NCBI GenBank assembly: GCA_951406725.2
Contig: OX597822.1
Span: 84,754,001-84,818,000, forward strand
Origin: Octopus vulgaris
Lineage: Eukaryota
Reading direction: 5' to 3'
Length of the DNA stretch: 64,000 bases
Shown here: positions 1-11,645 of the stretch, in pieces
How positions within the stretch are numbered: the first letter of the stretch is position 1
How the letters are laid out: each line of letters begins with the position of its first letter
The notes under the pieces: model-generated
The model's database searches: none
The model's input: only the letters and a program-made list of their open reading frames with translations
Told to the model about the DNA's origin: nothing
Made by a program: the position numbers and the translations under genes

Positions 1-276
1 TTATTTCAGCCCACTTATATATTGCATTCAGGTCCCGCGATAAGCTTGCGACACCGTCTGCATTCTTTATTGCGTCTGACAATTTTGTATCATCGGCCTA
101 ACTTGTGACAGTGGGGCTGTCTGAGTGACCATTCAGCATGTCTAAAAGAGCTATTATAAACAGTGGTGGCCCTAAGACGGTTCCCTAGCGGACGCCACAC
201 ACAATTTGTGTTTCCTTAGAGAGGGTATCATTGCCTGCAACTGCCTGACTTCTGTCTTTTAGGAAGCAATGCAGCC

Positions 277-277
<1 letters not shown>
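1..277 (-). mobile_element. CR1/L2-clade LINE reverse transcriptase fragment (pseudogenised), runs off window start
   Basis: Minus-strand translation [46 protein letters not shown]...VTS*ADDTKL...LSRDLNAIYKWAE matches the CR1/L2 RT motifs (SGVPQGSVLGP, YADDTK), with stop codons replacing Q and the Y of YADD. Confidence 0.85.
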
Positions 278-341
<64 letters not shown>

Positions 342-459
342 AGACACAGACACACACTCACACACACACACACACATACACACACACACACATACACAAA
401 CAAACAAACAATTAGAACCAAAAGGTTTGCATATTCTGTTTTTCTAAGATTTTATAAAT

Positions 460-600
460 GCTTACCAACCTCATGGTTCTGGGTTCAGTCCCACTGCGTG
501 GCACCTTGGGCAAATGTCTTCTACTATAGCCTCGGGCCGACCAAAGCCTTGTGAGTGGATTTGTTAGATGGAAACTGAAAGAAGCCCGTCGTATATATGC

Positions 601-677
<77 letters not shown>

Positions 678-876
678 TGTGTCTGTGTTTGTCCCCCCTC
701 AACATCGCTTGACAACCGATGCTGGTGTGTGTACGTCCCCGTAACTTAACGGTTCGGCAAAAGAGACCGATAGAATAAGTACTAGGCTTACAAAGAATAA
801 GTCTTGGGGTCGATTTGCTCGACCAGAGGCGGTGCTCCAGCATTGCCACAGTCAAATGACTGAAACAAGTAAAAGA
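460..876 (+). mobile_element. SINE family A copy (5'-truncated; tRNA-like head + internal (TA)n(TG)n + 3' module)
   Basis: Near-identical to copies at 2206, 6443, 37830 and 63673; B-box GGTTCAGTCCC; 3' end GACTGAAACAAGTAAAAGAG. Confidence 0.9.
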
Positions 877-905
877 GTTAAAAACTATTTGAAGAGAACT
901 TTTTT

Positions 906-960
<55 letters not shown>

Positions 961-1255
961 GGTGGGAGTTCATGTATGTGTGTGTGTGAGAATTTCAAGG
1001 GTGATTGTTGGCACTTAAGAAAGCGCATGCCATGTTAAAAGTCAAACGCATATAACTGATGCGGGGGCCATGCAAAATGTCTGGAGCTGGATTCAAGCTG
1101 TTTCTCATAAACATGAAAGATTTATATTAAATTCTGATTTGTTATTTGCATTCATTTGTATGTTTAAGGCATACACTGCATGCCTCGCATTCATGCAGAA
1201 AATGCCACTGATTGAGCGTGTGTGTATATGTATATATGTATGTGTGTATACATAC

Positions 1256-1331
<76 letters not shown>

Positions 1332-1430
1332 GAATATATATATATATATATAAATACATGTATATATGTATGTACACACACATACATATATACACATATA
1401 TATATATATAAATATATAAATTCATATATT

Positions 1431-1482
<52 letters not shown>

Positions 1483-1521
1483 AGTTATATGCATATATTT
1501 ATGTATGTGTATATATATATT

Positions 1522-1552
<31 letters not shown>

Positions 1553-1856
1553 ATGTGTATGTGTGTTTGTATATGTATATGATGTATATGTAAATGTATA
1601 TATGTATATATATGTATGACTGCATATGTGTGTGTGTATGTGTGTGGAGGCATGCATGGGAATGAATCGGACCATAAAACAGTAAGATGGAAATTTGATG
1701 CGTTTCCAATCCTGCATTTTGATGGTTTTACATTTTGTAAAAATAAGAATTTCCACGTTTGAATGCATGAGGAACCGTGAGAATGTTTGCGTGCGTGTTG
1801 TGCGTGTATACATACATTCATATATATATATTGATGTATGTATGTATGTGTCTATA

Positions 1857-1903
<47 letters not shown>

Positions 1904-2205
1904 GTATGTGTGTCTATATATTTCGGATGCGGTGATGCGTCTAGTGCAGCCGTGCTTGTAAACCTCCTGCTCCCAGCTCACTGCTGCCGGTTTGTCCCCT
2001 GCCGTGAGACAGGTAGCAACTTTACGGATGAGCTTTTCTTGTCAGTGCATAGCCTCTCCCACAGCATGTTTCCTGCCTGGTTTCTCTGCGGCAACGTAAT
2101 ATAACAGGGTGTTTTGTAGCTCCATACTTACGTTGGCAGGGAATCTCGGAGCAATAGCGTAATCGAAGGATACACCATGTAGTCCTACGTTGGTGAAGAA
2201 CCGTT

Positions 2206-2606
2206 GAGTGGCTGTGTGGTAAATAGCATGTTTATCAGCCACATGGTTCCGGGTTCAGCCCCACTGCGTGGCACCTTGGGCAAATGTCTTCTACTATAGC
2301 CTCGGGCCGACCAAAGCCTTGTGAGTGGATTTGGTAGACGGAAACTGAAAGAAGCCAGTCAAATATATGTATATATATATATATATATATATGTGCGTAT
2401 ATGTTTGTGTGTCTGTGTTTGTCCCCCTAGCATTGCTTGACAACCGATGCTGGTGTGTTTACGTCCCCGTCACTTAGCGGTTCGGCAAAAGAGACCGATA
2501 AAATAAGGACTGGGCTTACAAAGAATAAGTCCCGGGGTCGAGTTGTTCAATTAAAGGCGGTGCTCCAGCATGGTCGAAGTCAAATGACTGAAACAATTAA
2601 AAGAGA
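2206..2606 (+). mobile_element. SINE family A copy
   Basis: GAGTGGCTGTGTGGTAA A-box region, GGTTCAGCCCC B-box, internal TA tract and conserved 3' module. Confidence 0.9.
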
Positions 2607-2607
2607 G

Positions 2608-2644
<37 letters not shown>

Positions 2645-2646
<2 letters not shown>

Positions 2647-2826
2647 CTTTCTACTATAGGCACAAGGCCTGAAATTTTGGGGAGAAGGTGGCCAGTTAAT
2701 CAAATCGACCCCAGTACACAACTGGTACTTTATTTATCGACCCCGAAAGGATGAATGGCAAAGTCGACCTCGGTGGAATTTGAACTCAGAACGTAGCGGC
2801 AGACGAAATGCCCGGCGTGCTAACGG
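2645..2826 (-). mobile_element. SINE family B copy (partial)
   Basis: Reverse complement of the family B core TTCTGAGTTCAAATTCCRCCGAGGTCGACTTTGCC...GGGGTCGATAAA. Confidence 0.85.
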
Positions 2827-2846
2827 TTTGAATGATTGTTTCGGTA

Positions 2847-2918
2847 AATCTAGCTGAAGACTAATCAAATTTACGATAACAAACGTATTTGAAGTGTTCG
2901 AAACCTAGGTACTAGATT
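2847..2918 (+). ncRNA. Minimal type-I hammerhead ribozyme motif (Penelope-type)
   Basis: Stem I AATCTAG/CTAGATT, core CTGAAGA (2854-2860), imperfect stem II (TCAAAT..ACG/CGTATTTGA), GAAA (2900-2903), palindromic helix III ACCTAGGT, cleavage triplet GTA. Confidence 0.7.
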
Positions 2919-3231
2919 ATCCGATTCTGGGTTGTCCATTTATCTAATGTTCTTCTTAGAGGTAAGATGAAATTCTCTTTCATCCTCCCTCAATTGTGCC
3001 CTGACTAATGGTTTTGGACTGGGAGTTATTTTACCTGCCACACTTTCACCTCAAACACCACTACAACTCTAGCACTTTTCAGTTTGTCTATATCAGACGT
3101 AATACATGTGGCCCCTTTTCTTATAAGTCCTTTTCGGTATGGGTTACATTGTCATCAGAACCAAATCATGATCAATGCTGACATCCACACCAAGGAAAAC
3201 CCTAGTCCTTGCCTTGTTGTTACTGGACTTG

Positions 3232-3518
3232 ATCATTGAGATATTGACTGGATGTTTGATTTTGACCACTCTCGCTACATGTTTTGGGGACACGGCATGC
3301 TAACGGTTGTTCTGTGTGTTTCCCATCTGTTCGTATTGGAGCTTCCAGCGCGAATGCCAAGCAGTACAGCAAGTCGTTTCCAAACTCCTGGCAGAGTGAA
3401 TTGTGTCATGGTGCTGCTTTGCTCACAGACGGTGCCCAACTGACCCTACTATTCTGTGTAGTCGAAACAAAAAAACCGCATGCACAAATATAAAATGGCG
3501 ACAATTTACCAATCGCAC

Positions 3519-3522
<4 letters not shown>
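3232..3522 (-). mobile_element. Internally deleted Tc1/mariner (maT-like) element, 5' end
   Basis: Minus strand begins TA|CAGAGTG at a (TA)n tract. It reads MTQFTLPGVWKRLAVLLGIRAGSSNTN, then jumps to NTQNNR*HAVSPKHVARVVKIKHPVNI, homologous to the start of the 4371-4900 transposase relic. Confidence 0.7.
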
Positions 3523-3557
<35 letters not shown>

Positions 3558-4092
3558 AATAATCGGCCGAAATTGCGATGATAATCTGGTGCTTGACTGA
3601 GGATAGAGGGCTTCGAATGACCCGTCCTTGTTTTCTTTGTATCGTCTTTCTAGATGTTTTGCTGTCCCTTTTTGTATCACGTAGCTGTCCAGAAGTTTTG
3701 CGTACTTGTCCTATTTTGTATTTTATATATACATATATATACACTAGTATATGTGCATGAAACACCACACAGACACCCATGTCTAAATGAGTAATTAAAG
3801 TATTTACAAGAATTGCAGTTTGCAAATGTACTAATATATTTCTTTTTACGACATCGACTCATGTCTAAACAGTTTCAGACTACACTCACCCACCCTCACA
3901 CTCACGCTCACGTCCCCCCCCATACATATATAATGCACAACTACTTAATTATCATACACGCTATTCACACGGCTCTTACGATTTATTCTCGTATTTTCCC
4001 ACATATACTCATACATCATGCAGAAGCAAGCACATACATTCATACGTACGTACGTGCACTCATACATTACTCTAGAATTATCCACAATGCTA

Positions 4093-4193
4093 ACAAACAG
4101 CTGGATTTAATAACAACGTTTTCAGCTGATATATGGATGGAATTTGGTCATCAGAACTGTAGAGACTTTACAGTTGAACGTGGGAAAACTTGA
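4093..4193 (+). mobile_element. Small non-LTR RT fragment (R4/Dong-like)
   Basis: KQLDLITTFSADIWMEFGHQNCRDFTVERGK resembles the post-YxDD 'V..FS.DI.MEFG..KC....RGK' motif of R4-clade RTs. Confidence 0.55.
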
Positions 4194-4370
4194 TTTCCAA
4201 ACAGAAAAAATACATACATTTGTAACACATATATTTGTAACATCATGAATACGTAACATGGAATTCCAACCACGTTTCATGGTTCGCTACCTCAACAGCT
4301 CCTTTATAGGATCCAGCGGCTAAAGACATCATCAGGAGGAACCACGTCTGGTTTCGGCCCCTTCTCCTGT

Positions 4371-4900
4371 ACGGGGAACACATAGAACAACCATTAGCTT
4401 ACCGTGTCCCCAAAACATGCACCGAGAGTGATAAAAATCAAGCATCCAGTCAACATTATGGTGTCTGGAGAGATCACCAATAATGGCGACGTTATATCTC
4501 CATTCATCCTCCCACACAGTCTCAGACTCAACACGGAGGCCTACATCAAGTACCTGGAAGAAGTAGTGCTGCTCTGAGGGAAGAGGTTGGCTGCTGTAAG
4601 ACCCTATATCTAGCTACAGGACTCTGCACCATGTCACAGAAGCAGAATAAACCAGTCATGACTGTCAGACAATTTCTGCGACCATATCACCCCTAACATC
4701 TGGCTACATAACTCCCCAGATTGCACCCCCTTGATTATTATGTGTGGGGCACAATTGAGCGAGAGACCAACAAAACTCCTTGTAACACCAAAGATTAACT
4801 GAAGGCAAGGATTATGGCAGCATTCACCAACTTAAACAAAGAGACCGTCTAGGAGAGTGCAAGAGGTTTCGAAGTCGTCTGGAGGCCGTGGTTGAAGCCA
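4371..4900 (+). mobile_element. Tc1/mariner DD37D (maT-type) transposase relic
   Basis: Translates KHPVNIMVSGEITNNGDVISPFIL...EAYIKYLEEVVL...QDSAPCHRSRINQS*LSDNFCDHITPNIWLHNSPDC(fs)PLDYYVWGTIERETNKTPCNTKD*LKARI; 37 residues between the second and third catalytic D after repairing one frameshift; several stops. Confidence 0.9.
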
Positions 4901-5111
4901 TATGTTACTTATTCTATGTAACATAAATAATATGGTCACCGTAACACAAAGAGAAGAAATGTATTGCCGAAGACGTATCATGCAATGGTAAACTGGCCAA
5001 AGGTTGTCATATGAAGTCGGAGTTTTCTTTCTTCAGGAAAACGAAATGCGATAATTCCTTAGAGGTCGTAGTTGGAGTGGTACGGATTCATATTTCAGCG
5101 TTTGTCTTTTG

Positions 5112-5643
5112 TTTGTTTCAGTCATTAGAATACGGCAATGCTGGGGCACCGCCTTGAAGAGTTTGTAGTTGAACGGATCGACCGTAGCAGTTTTTTTTTC
5201 TTTTTAAGCCTGGCATTTATACTGCCGTTCTCTTTTGCCAAACTGAAAAGTTACGGGGATATAAGCAAACCGACACCAGTTATCAAGCGGTGGTAGGGGT
5301 ACAAACACAGACACACACAGAAATATATTCACATATATACACACATGCACACGCACACATGCATACGCACACATGCACACGCACACATGCATACGCACAC
5401 ATGCACACGCACACATGCATACGCACACATGCACACGCACACATTCACACACACAAACACACACACATACGCACACATGCACACACACAAACACACACAC
5501 ATACACACACACACACATACACACATGATGACCATCTTTCAGTTTCCGTCTACCCAATCCACTCACAAGGTATTGATCTTCTCAAAGCTATAGTAGAAGA
5601 CACTGCACCCGGAACCATGTGAGTGGGGAGCAGACCTCTTACC
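5112..5643 (-). mobile_element. SINE family A copy (diverged) with expanded internal minisatellite
   Basis: Reverse complement of both family A modules flanking a CA-rich tract. Confidence 0.75.
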
Positions 5644-5830
5644 TCCACCTAAATTTAGAATATTTGAGCCGTAGATTACAAAACTTCAAGATCAATTGAA
5701 AGTTTCTATAGAAATAGCAATATTGGTAGGTTTAGAGGAGTACACCGCAAAGAAAACAGAAAAAAGGCAGTTAAAATCCCCAAGAGCGAAACAATTGGAC
5801 AAAGACCTATGATTTCAATGGCTGAACTGG

Positions 5831-5886
5831 CAGTGGTTCTCAACCTGAGGTCTAGGACCCCTGGGAGTCCGTGAACTAAATTCAAA

Positions 5887-5956
<70 letters not shown>

Positions 5957-6027
5957 CACATAGGGATAAGCATATTAAAAGGTATCCGTGGGAAAGCTAA
6001 TTTAAACAAAATGGTTGGGAATCACTG
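5831..6027. mobile_element. hAT-type MITE with internal (TA)n
   Basis: TIRs CAGTGGTTCTCAACC / GGTTGGGAATCACTG; no clear 8-bp TSD. Confidence 0.6.
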
Positions 6028-6441
6028 TTGGGGACCCCTGTGAAAAGGTTGGGAACCATTTATGTAGAGCAAAGTTTGATGAAATGGCTTTGAAGGCGAA
6101 GGTCAAGCAATAACTGGGCCCACGGTAGTCCGTTGCAGTTCCATTGCCTGATCTTGCTTGTCACATTTAAACCTGTACCGCAGAAGATATCTTCGAGATC
6201 AAAGTGTGTGGGTCACTTACAGGCAAATCAAAATCCACCCTTATTAAAATCTCGCCGTTGGCATTTCTTCATCAGAGAGATAAATACTTGGGAACGAGGA
6301 GTCGACGACGTCGGTTTGTGAGTAATAACATCTTCATCTCCACAGCTTCCCAATTAGCGCCAGTTTTTTTGGCAGATTGATGGGTGAAACAGGAAGAGGG
6401 GTAACATATCGTCAAGATGAAGGGAAAACATTTGGTATGAT

Positions 6442-6851
6442 AGGCGCAGGAGTGGCTGTTTGGTAAGTAGCTTGCTAACCAACCACATGGTTCCGGGTTC
6501 AGTCCCACTGCGTGGCATCTTGGGCAAGTGTCTTCTGCTATAGCCCCGGGCCGACCAATGCCTTGTGAGTGGATTTGGTAGACGGAAACTGAAAGAAGCC
6601 TGTCGTATATATGTATATATATATAAGTGTGTGTGAATATGTTTGTGTGTCTGTATTTGTTCCCCTAGCATTGCTTGACAACCGATGCTGGTGTGTTTAC
6701 GTCCCCGTCACTTAGCGGTTCGGCAAAAGAGACCGATAGAATAAGTACTGGGCTTACAAAGAATAAGTCCCGGGGTCGATTTGCTCGACTAAAGGCGGTG
6801 CTCCAGCATGGCCGCAGTCAAATGACTGAAACAAGTAAAAAAAAAAAAAGA
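6442..6851 (+). mobile_element. Full-length SINE family A with 7-bp TSD
   Basis: Starts GGCGCAGGAGTGGCTGTTTGGTAAG, ends in an A-rich tail; GTATGAT is duplicated at 6435-6441 and 6852-6858. Confidence 0.92.
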
Positions 6852-7512
6852 GTATGATGTCTGATGGCCTGGGCCACACATCGAATGAGATGGTGTTGCA
6901 AGGTCGAGAGATCCCTTCACCCAATTGATTATAACCTTGCCTTTTTTTTTATACAAGGTCAGTTGTCATGACTTTATCTTGGCACTAAGCATATGATTTA
7001 AGAATGGGTGTGAGTACAGGAGGTGGGGGGTGCGCAGTGTTTCCTCCCTAGTTGTCAAAAAGAAAAACTTGCGTTAGTCTGGCATCTGCTGATGCAGCTG
7101 CTGGGTCATCGTCAAATTTGACGGGCGTGTTATCAAACACACGCACACAAACACACATCACATGCGCGCATATATTGTTCTTAATCCGAAAGAAAGAATT
7201 ATAAGGTGATTAAATATCTAAAGTGAGCATGATTACAGCAGTTAGAATACGACGATGTATTTGTAGATTTACAAAGTTAGACTGGCTGCTGAATTGCAGA
7301 AAATCTAGAGCTTTTTGCAGCTTAATTAATATTAAAACTCAACGATATTAAATGGAGTTTAATTGGTAGTTTTCGCATTTAAAGCTTTTTTATTGCGGCT
7401 GAAAATAATTAAAACCATTCAGAATGCATATTATGTACACTTGTAACAGAATATAGATACACTTGATCGGGAATAACTAGTAAACGCGTTGAAATCTTAT
7501 CACCTCATATTA

Positions 7513-8378
7513 CGGCAGCGTGCTGGCAGAATCGTTAGCACGACGGGCGGAATAATTTGCGGCATTTCGTCCGTCTTTACGTTCTGAGTTCAAATTCTGT
7601 CGAGGTTGACTTTGCGTTTCATCCTTTCGGAGTCGATAAAATAAGTACCAGTTGAGCACTGGAGGCGATGTAATCGGTTTAATCCCTCCCCACGAATTTG
7701 CCAGAATATGAAAACAATGTTCTTTTCTATTCTAGGCACAAGGACCGAAATCTTGGGAGAGTGGGCCAGTCGATTAGATCTACTCCAGTACACAACTGGT
7801 ACTTAATTAATCGACTTCGAAAGGATGAAAGGCAAAGTCGATCTCAGTGGAATTTGAACTCAGAACGTAACGGCAGACGAATTACTGCTTAGCATTTCGT
7901 CCAGCGTGCTAACGATTCTGCCAGCTCGTCGCCTTACGTAAAACCAATATTATCACGTCATACAGAGAATAATTTGTGTAAGAAGTAATATCGCTTCTAC
8001 CATAGGCACGAAACCTGAAATTTTGTGAGGAGAGGAGGTGGGGTGGGGGCAAGTCGAGTGACTCCAGTTCTTGACTGGTACTCATTTTATCGGCCCCCGA
8101 ATGGATGACCTCTTCGGAGTTTGAACTCAGAACGTAGCGGCAGACGAAATGCCTATTTCTTTACTACCCACAAGGAGCTAAACACAGAGAGGACAAACAA
8201 GGACAGACAAACGGATTAAGTCGATTATATCGACGCCAGTGCGTAACTGGTACTTAATTTATCGACCCCGAAAGGATGAAAGGCAAAGTCGACCTCGGCG
8301 GAATTTGAACTCAGAACGTAACGGCAGACGAAATACCGCTCAGCAATTCGCCCGGCGTGCTAACAATTCTGTCAGCTT
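7513..8378. mobile_element. Cluster of SINE family B copies: + (7513-7700), - (7722-7936), - dimeric (7995-8378)
   Basis: Family B head GGCRGCGAGCTGGCAGAATCGTTAGCACG and core GAGTTCAAATTC..GAGGTCGACTTTGCCTTTCATCCTTTCGG found on both strands. Confidence 0.9.
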
Positions 8379-8894
8379 TGTGTAAGAAATAATATTAAGC
8401 GGATTATTATGTATGGTGTAGGCACTGGCATGGCTATGTGGTTGTGAAGTTTTCTTTCAAGCCATTAGTTTCCGCGTTCGACCTCACTGTGAAAGTGTCT
8501 TCCACTATAGCTTCGAGTGGATTTTGTTGGATGGTAAATGTGTATGATTTGAACCCGTGGTGAATAGTATTGGGACAAATATTGCAAGGCATTTAATTCG
8601 CTCTCCTACCGACTCTGTACCAATTCCCGTTCAATCTCGTTTTAAGTTTTTGGCACATTAAACAACAAAGCAGCTTCAGAGTGCCAGTCGCTGTGAAGTA
8701 AAATTCGACAATCGAAGAGTTTTAGTGAAGCCAGGACAATAAGAAAGGATTGGAACAACGAAATAGTGGACAGCGTCCCATCGCGACACTTTGGAAAATA
8801 TCTTCTAATATAGCCCCAGGCTATATTAGAAAACAGACACGCACACATACAAAAAGACACACACACATACACACACACACACACAGTGAGGATC

Positions 8895-9048
8895 CACACA
8901 GTTTCCGTCTAACAAATTCTCTCGTAAGGCGGTGGTCGGCGCAGGGCAATATTAAAAAAAAATTTGTCCAAAGTCCTTGAAGTGAAACTGAACCCCAAAC
9001 CAGACGATTGCAAAGCAAACGTCTTAAGCACACCACCATGCTTGCGCC
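8895..9048 (-). mobile_element. SINE family A 5' half (diverged)
   Basis: CAGTTTCCGTCTAACAAAT...ACTGAACCC...CTTGCGCC is the reverse complement of the family A head. Confidence 0.6.
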
Positions 9049-9148
9049 TTTATTTTAGTCGAAAGGCTTTCATTCTTTGCTTAGTATCCTCGTCGTTTTG
9101 TTTTTTGCCCTGTTTGTCTCAGTTGAACGGCAACCCCACCTATCTTAA

Positions 9149-9348
9149 CCCTTTCGTTACCAACCCAGCTGAAACTCTGGCTCCGAGTACAAATGTCTTA
9201 TTTTCATAAGTTTTGAATTAAAATCTTCCAATTTATGTTCCTAACACTAGCTTAATGATAACTAAGTTATCTTACTAAATTCATTGTTATAATTAACGTA
9301 ATTTAAAGAAACACAGAGCATCTCAAGATAAATATAGTAACAGAATGG
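9149..9348. mobile_element. piggyBac-type MITE
   Basis: TTAA|CCCTTTCGTTAC ... GTAACAGAATGG|TTAA: imperfect TIRs and TTAA on both sides. Confidence 0.75.
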
Positions 9349-10489
9349 TTAAATGTCCTCTTTGTTCAGTCGATAGACCTTAATATTTATTGCTTCTTTC
9401 TTCTCGTACACTTGTTCTCATCCAAGGGCCTTGTCGTCTTGTCATCTTCATCCCCCAAAACATACTGTCTCGTTAGTTCCAGTTCTTTCTTATTGTCTTG
9501 TCTTCATTTAGACTTTTCGATAGTAGAACTTTTCTTCGCATTGTCTGACACTCTGAAGTTAGCTGTTTCGTTGTTAATGGGCCGAAATCGTGAAACACCC
9601 GATGAAAGGAAATGTTTGCGTCTTTCGATGTTTTGTTCAGTTGATCCATTCTTTTGTGTTGGTAACAGTCTATTTATTGTACTTATTAGGAAACCATTAA
9701 GAGAAATTTCTTAGAGATTCCATCTGCATGAAAAACAATAGTCAAGTTAATATGACCACAATATTGGAAGCACTAAAAAATTTTAATTAGAAATAAATGT
9801 GCGGTGAGGAAAAGACAATATTAATCAATGAGTGATATTATTTTGATTATTCCAGGAGGTATGGGACACAACTCCAGGAATGTTTTGGTATTATTAAGCC
9901 TCATCAATGAAGCAGAGACTTTAACGTACTTGCTGATATAATCATGGAGGAATTACAAAAATAGAATTGCTAATTAAATTGAGGATTTACGACATAAATA
10001 CAAAAGCACCGGGTTTTATATTAGAGAAACCGTTGAGGAATTATTTGATATTCATCAATTTCTGAGGCGTTTCGGTGAGGTACGTGCAGGTGGTTTGCAT
10101 TTGAAATCGAAACCAGATCGCGGAATCGTTTCTCCGTGGCTTAACGATAAAACTCTATGAAATATCTATTATAAAAACATGATGCAAGATGATAAGTGTA
10201 TCTTCGTTCCGTAGTGAGTACATTGCTACTGCTGCTACCACAACTATAGTAGTAGTAGTGGTTGTGGTGGTGGTGCTGGTAGTAGTAGTAGTAGTAGTAG
10301 TAAGTTGAAGTAAATTACGGCATTACTAAATTACGGCGCTCTTCCTTCGCAGCAGGTGGCTTGTTTTGTCGTTTCACGCGTCTGTTTTCATTGTATTGCT
10401 TGCAAAAGAGAAAAAAATAAGTAATGGCGAAAAAAAAAACGGAAGCGTGATAGATATGGAGATATAGGGGGTGAAAGAAAGAGAGAGGG

Positions 10490-10526
<37 letters not shown>

Positions 10527-11074
10527 AAGAGAGCTCTCAAGTACCCCTCCTCCACATCCAACTCGTTCTTTATTAGCGCCATTCATGTTACCTTTTCTCT
10601 CTAACACAACAAGCAAACACTTGAGTAAATTAGATCTCTGTTGATAGTGTGGTAGAGTCGGTTCTTCACACTTGACTTAATTAGACTTAACTTTCACACA
10701 CGGCTGGTCACACGAGCAGATCTTTACATCTGACTGACCACAGCTTGATTCCGTTTAATTAACTCTCATTTTGTTGTTGATCTTGTTGCTTTGGTTATTA
10801 GTTGTTTCCATTCCTGTCGACCTGGCTCTCGCAATTACGAAGAGGAGCTTTAACAATACAAAGTGCTTTCGTTCATACAAAAACTTTGTGATGTGGCCTT
10901 CATAAAACATGAAAGGAAAAATATATTCTTGCTCTTTATATATATATTTTTAAAATAAAGATAAAGGATGGAGTTTGATGTAATAACCAGTACAACTGGT
11001 CTTGGCAACATTTAGCTGTGCTCCTTTACCCCAAGGGCCGCTGTTGTTAATTTTAAGGCTTCATTTCCCCGAAG

Positions 11075-11645
11075 TCTTGCTGGCAGAATCTTTAAGGTGA
11101 CGGAAAAGCACCTGGTAGTATTTCTTCCTGCTCATTACATTCTGAGTTCGATTCCCTCCCCGATCATCTTTGCCTTGCATCCCTTCGCTATTGATAAAGT
11201 GAAGTACCAAACTAGTAGTTGACCTTTACTTATCGATCTCGAAAGGATAAATGGCAAAGTTGACCTCTGCTTGCGTCGATCATTTACTGCATACCAGTCA
11301 TACGTCATGGCTGTTAATTAGTAGAAAATACTTAACGGTATTTGTTTAAGGTGGCGAGCTGGCGGAATCGTTAGGACGCCGGGCAAAATGCTGAGTGGTA
11401 TTTCGTCTGCTGCTACGTTCTGAGTTCAAATTTCATCCTTTCGGGGTCGATAAATTAAGTACCAGTTGCGTACTGGGGTCTATCTAATCGACTAGCCCCT
11501 CCCCCAAAATTTCGGACTTTGTGCCTAGAGTAGAAAAGACTTTACGGTATTTGTTTTGGTTTTCTACGTTCTGAGTTCAAATCCCGTTGGTGCCAGTTTT
11601 GCCTTCCGTTCTTTCAGGGTCGATAAAATAAAGCTGTAGTCAAGG
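11075..11645 (+). mobile_element. Cluster of SINE family B copies and fragments (best copy 11348-11538)
   Basis: Repeated family B head and core motifs; one short inverted piece at about 11220-11270. Confidence 0.8.

Noticed and set aside
1070-1981. Long ORFs rich in YI/CV/HT repeats (and similar ones throughout the window)
   Set aside because: Translations of (TA)n, (TG)n and (CA)n microsatellites, which lack stops in some frames.
3560-3630. CTGAGGA near GAAA/GAAT in a TA-flanked fragment
   Set aside because: Motif order and pairing do not fit a hammerhead.
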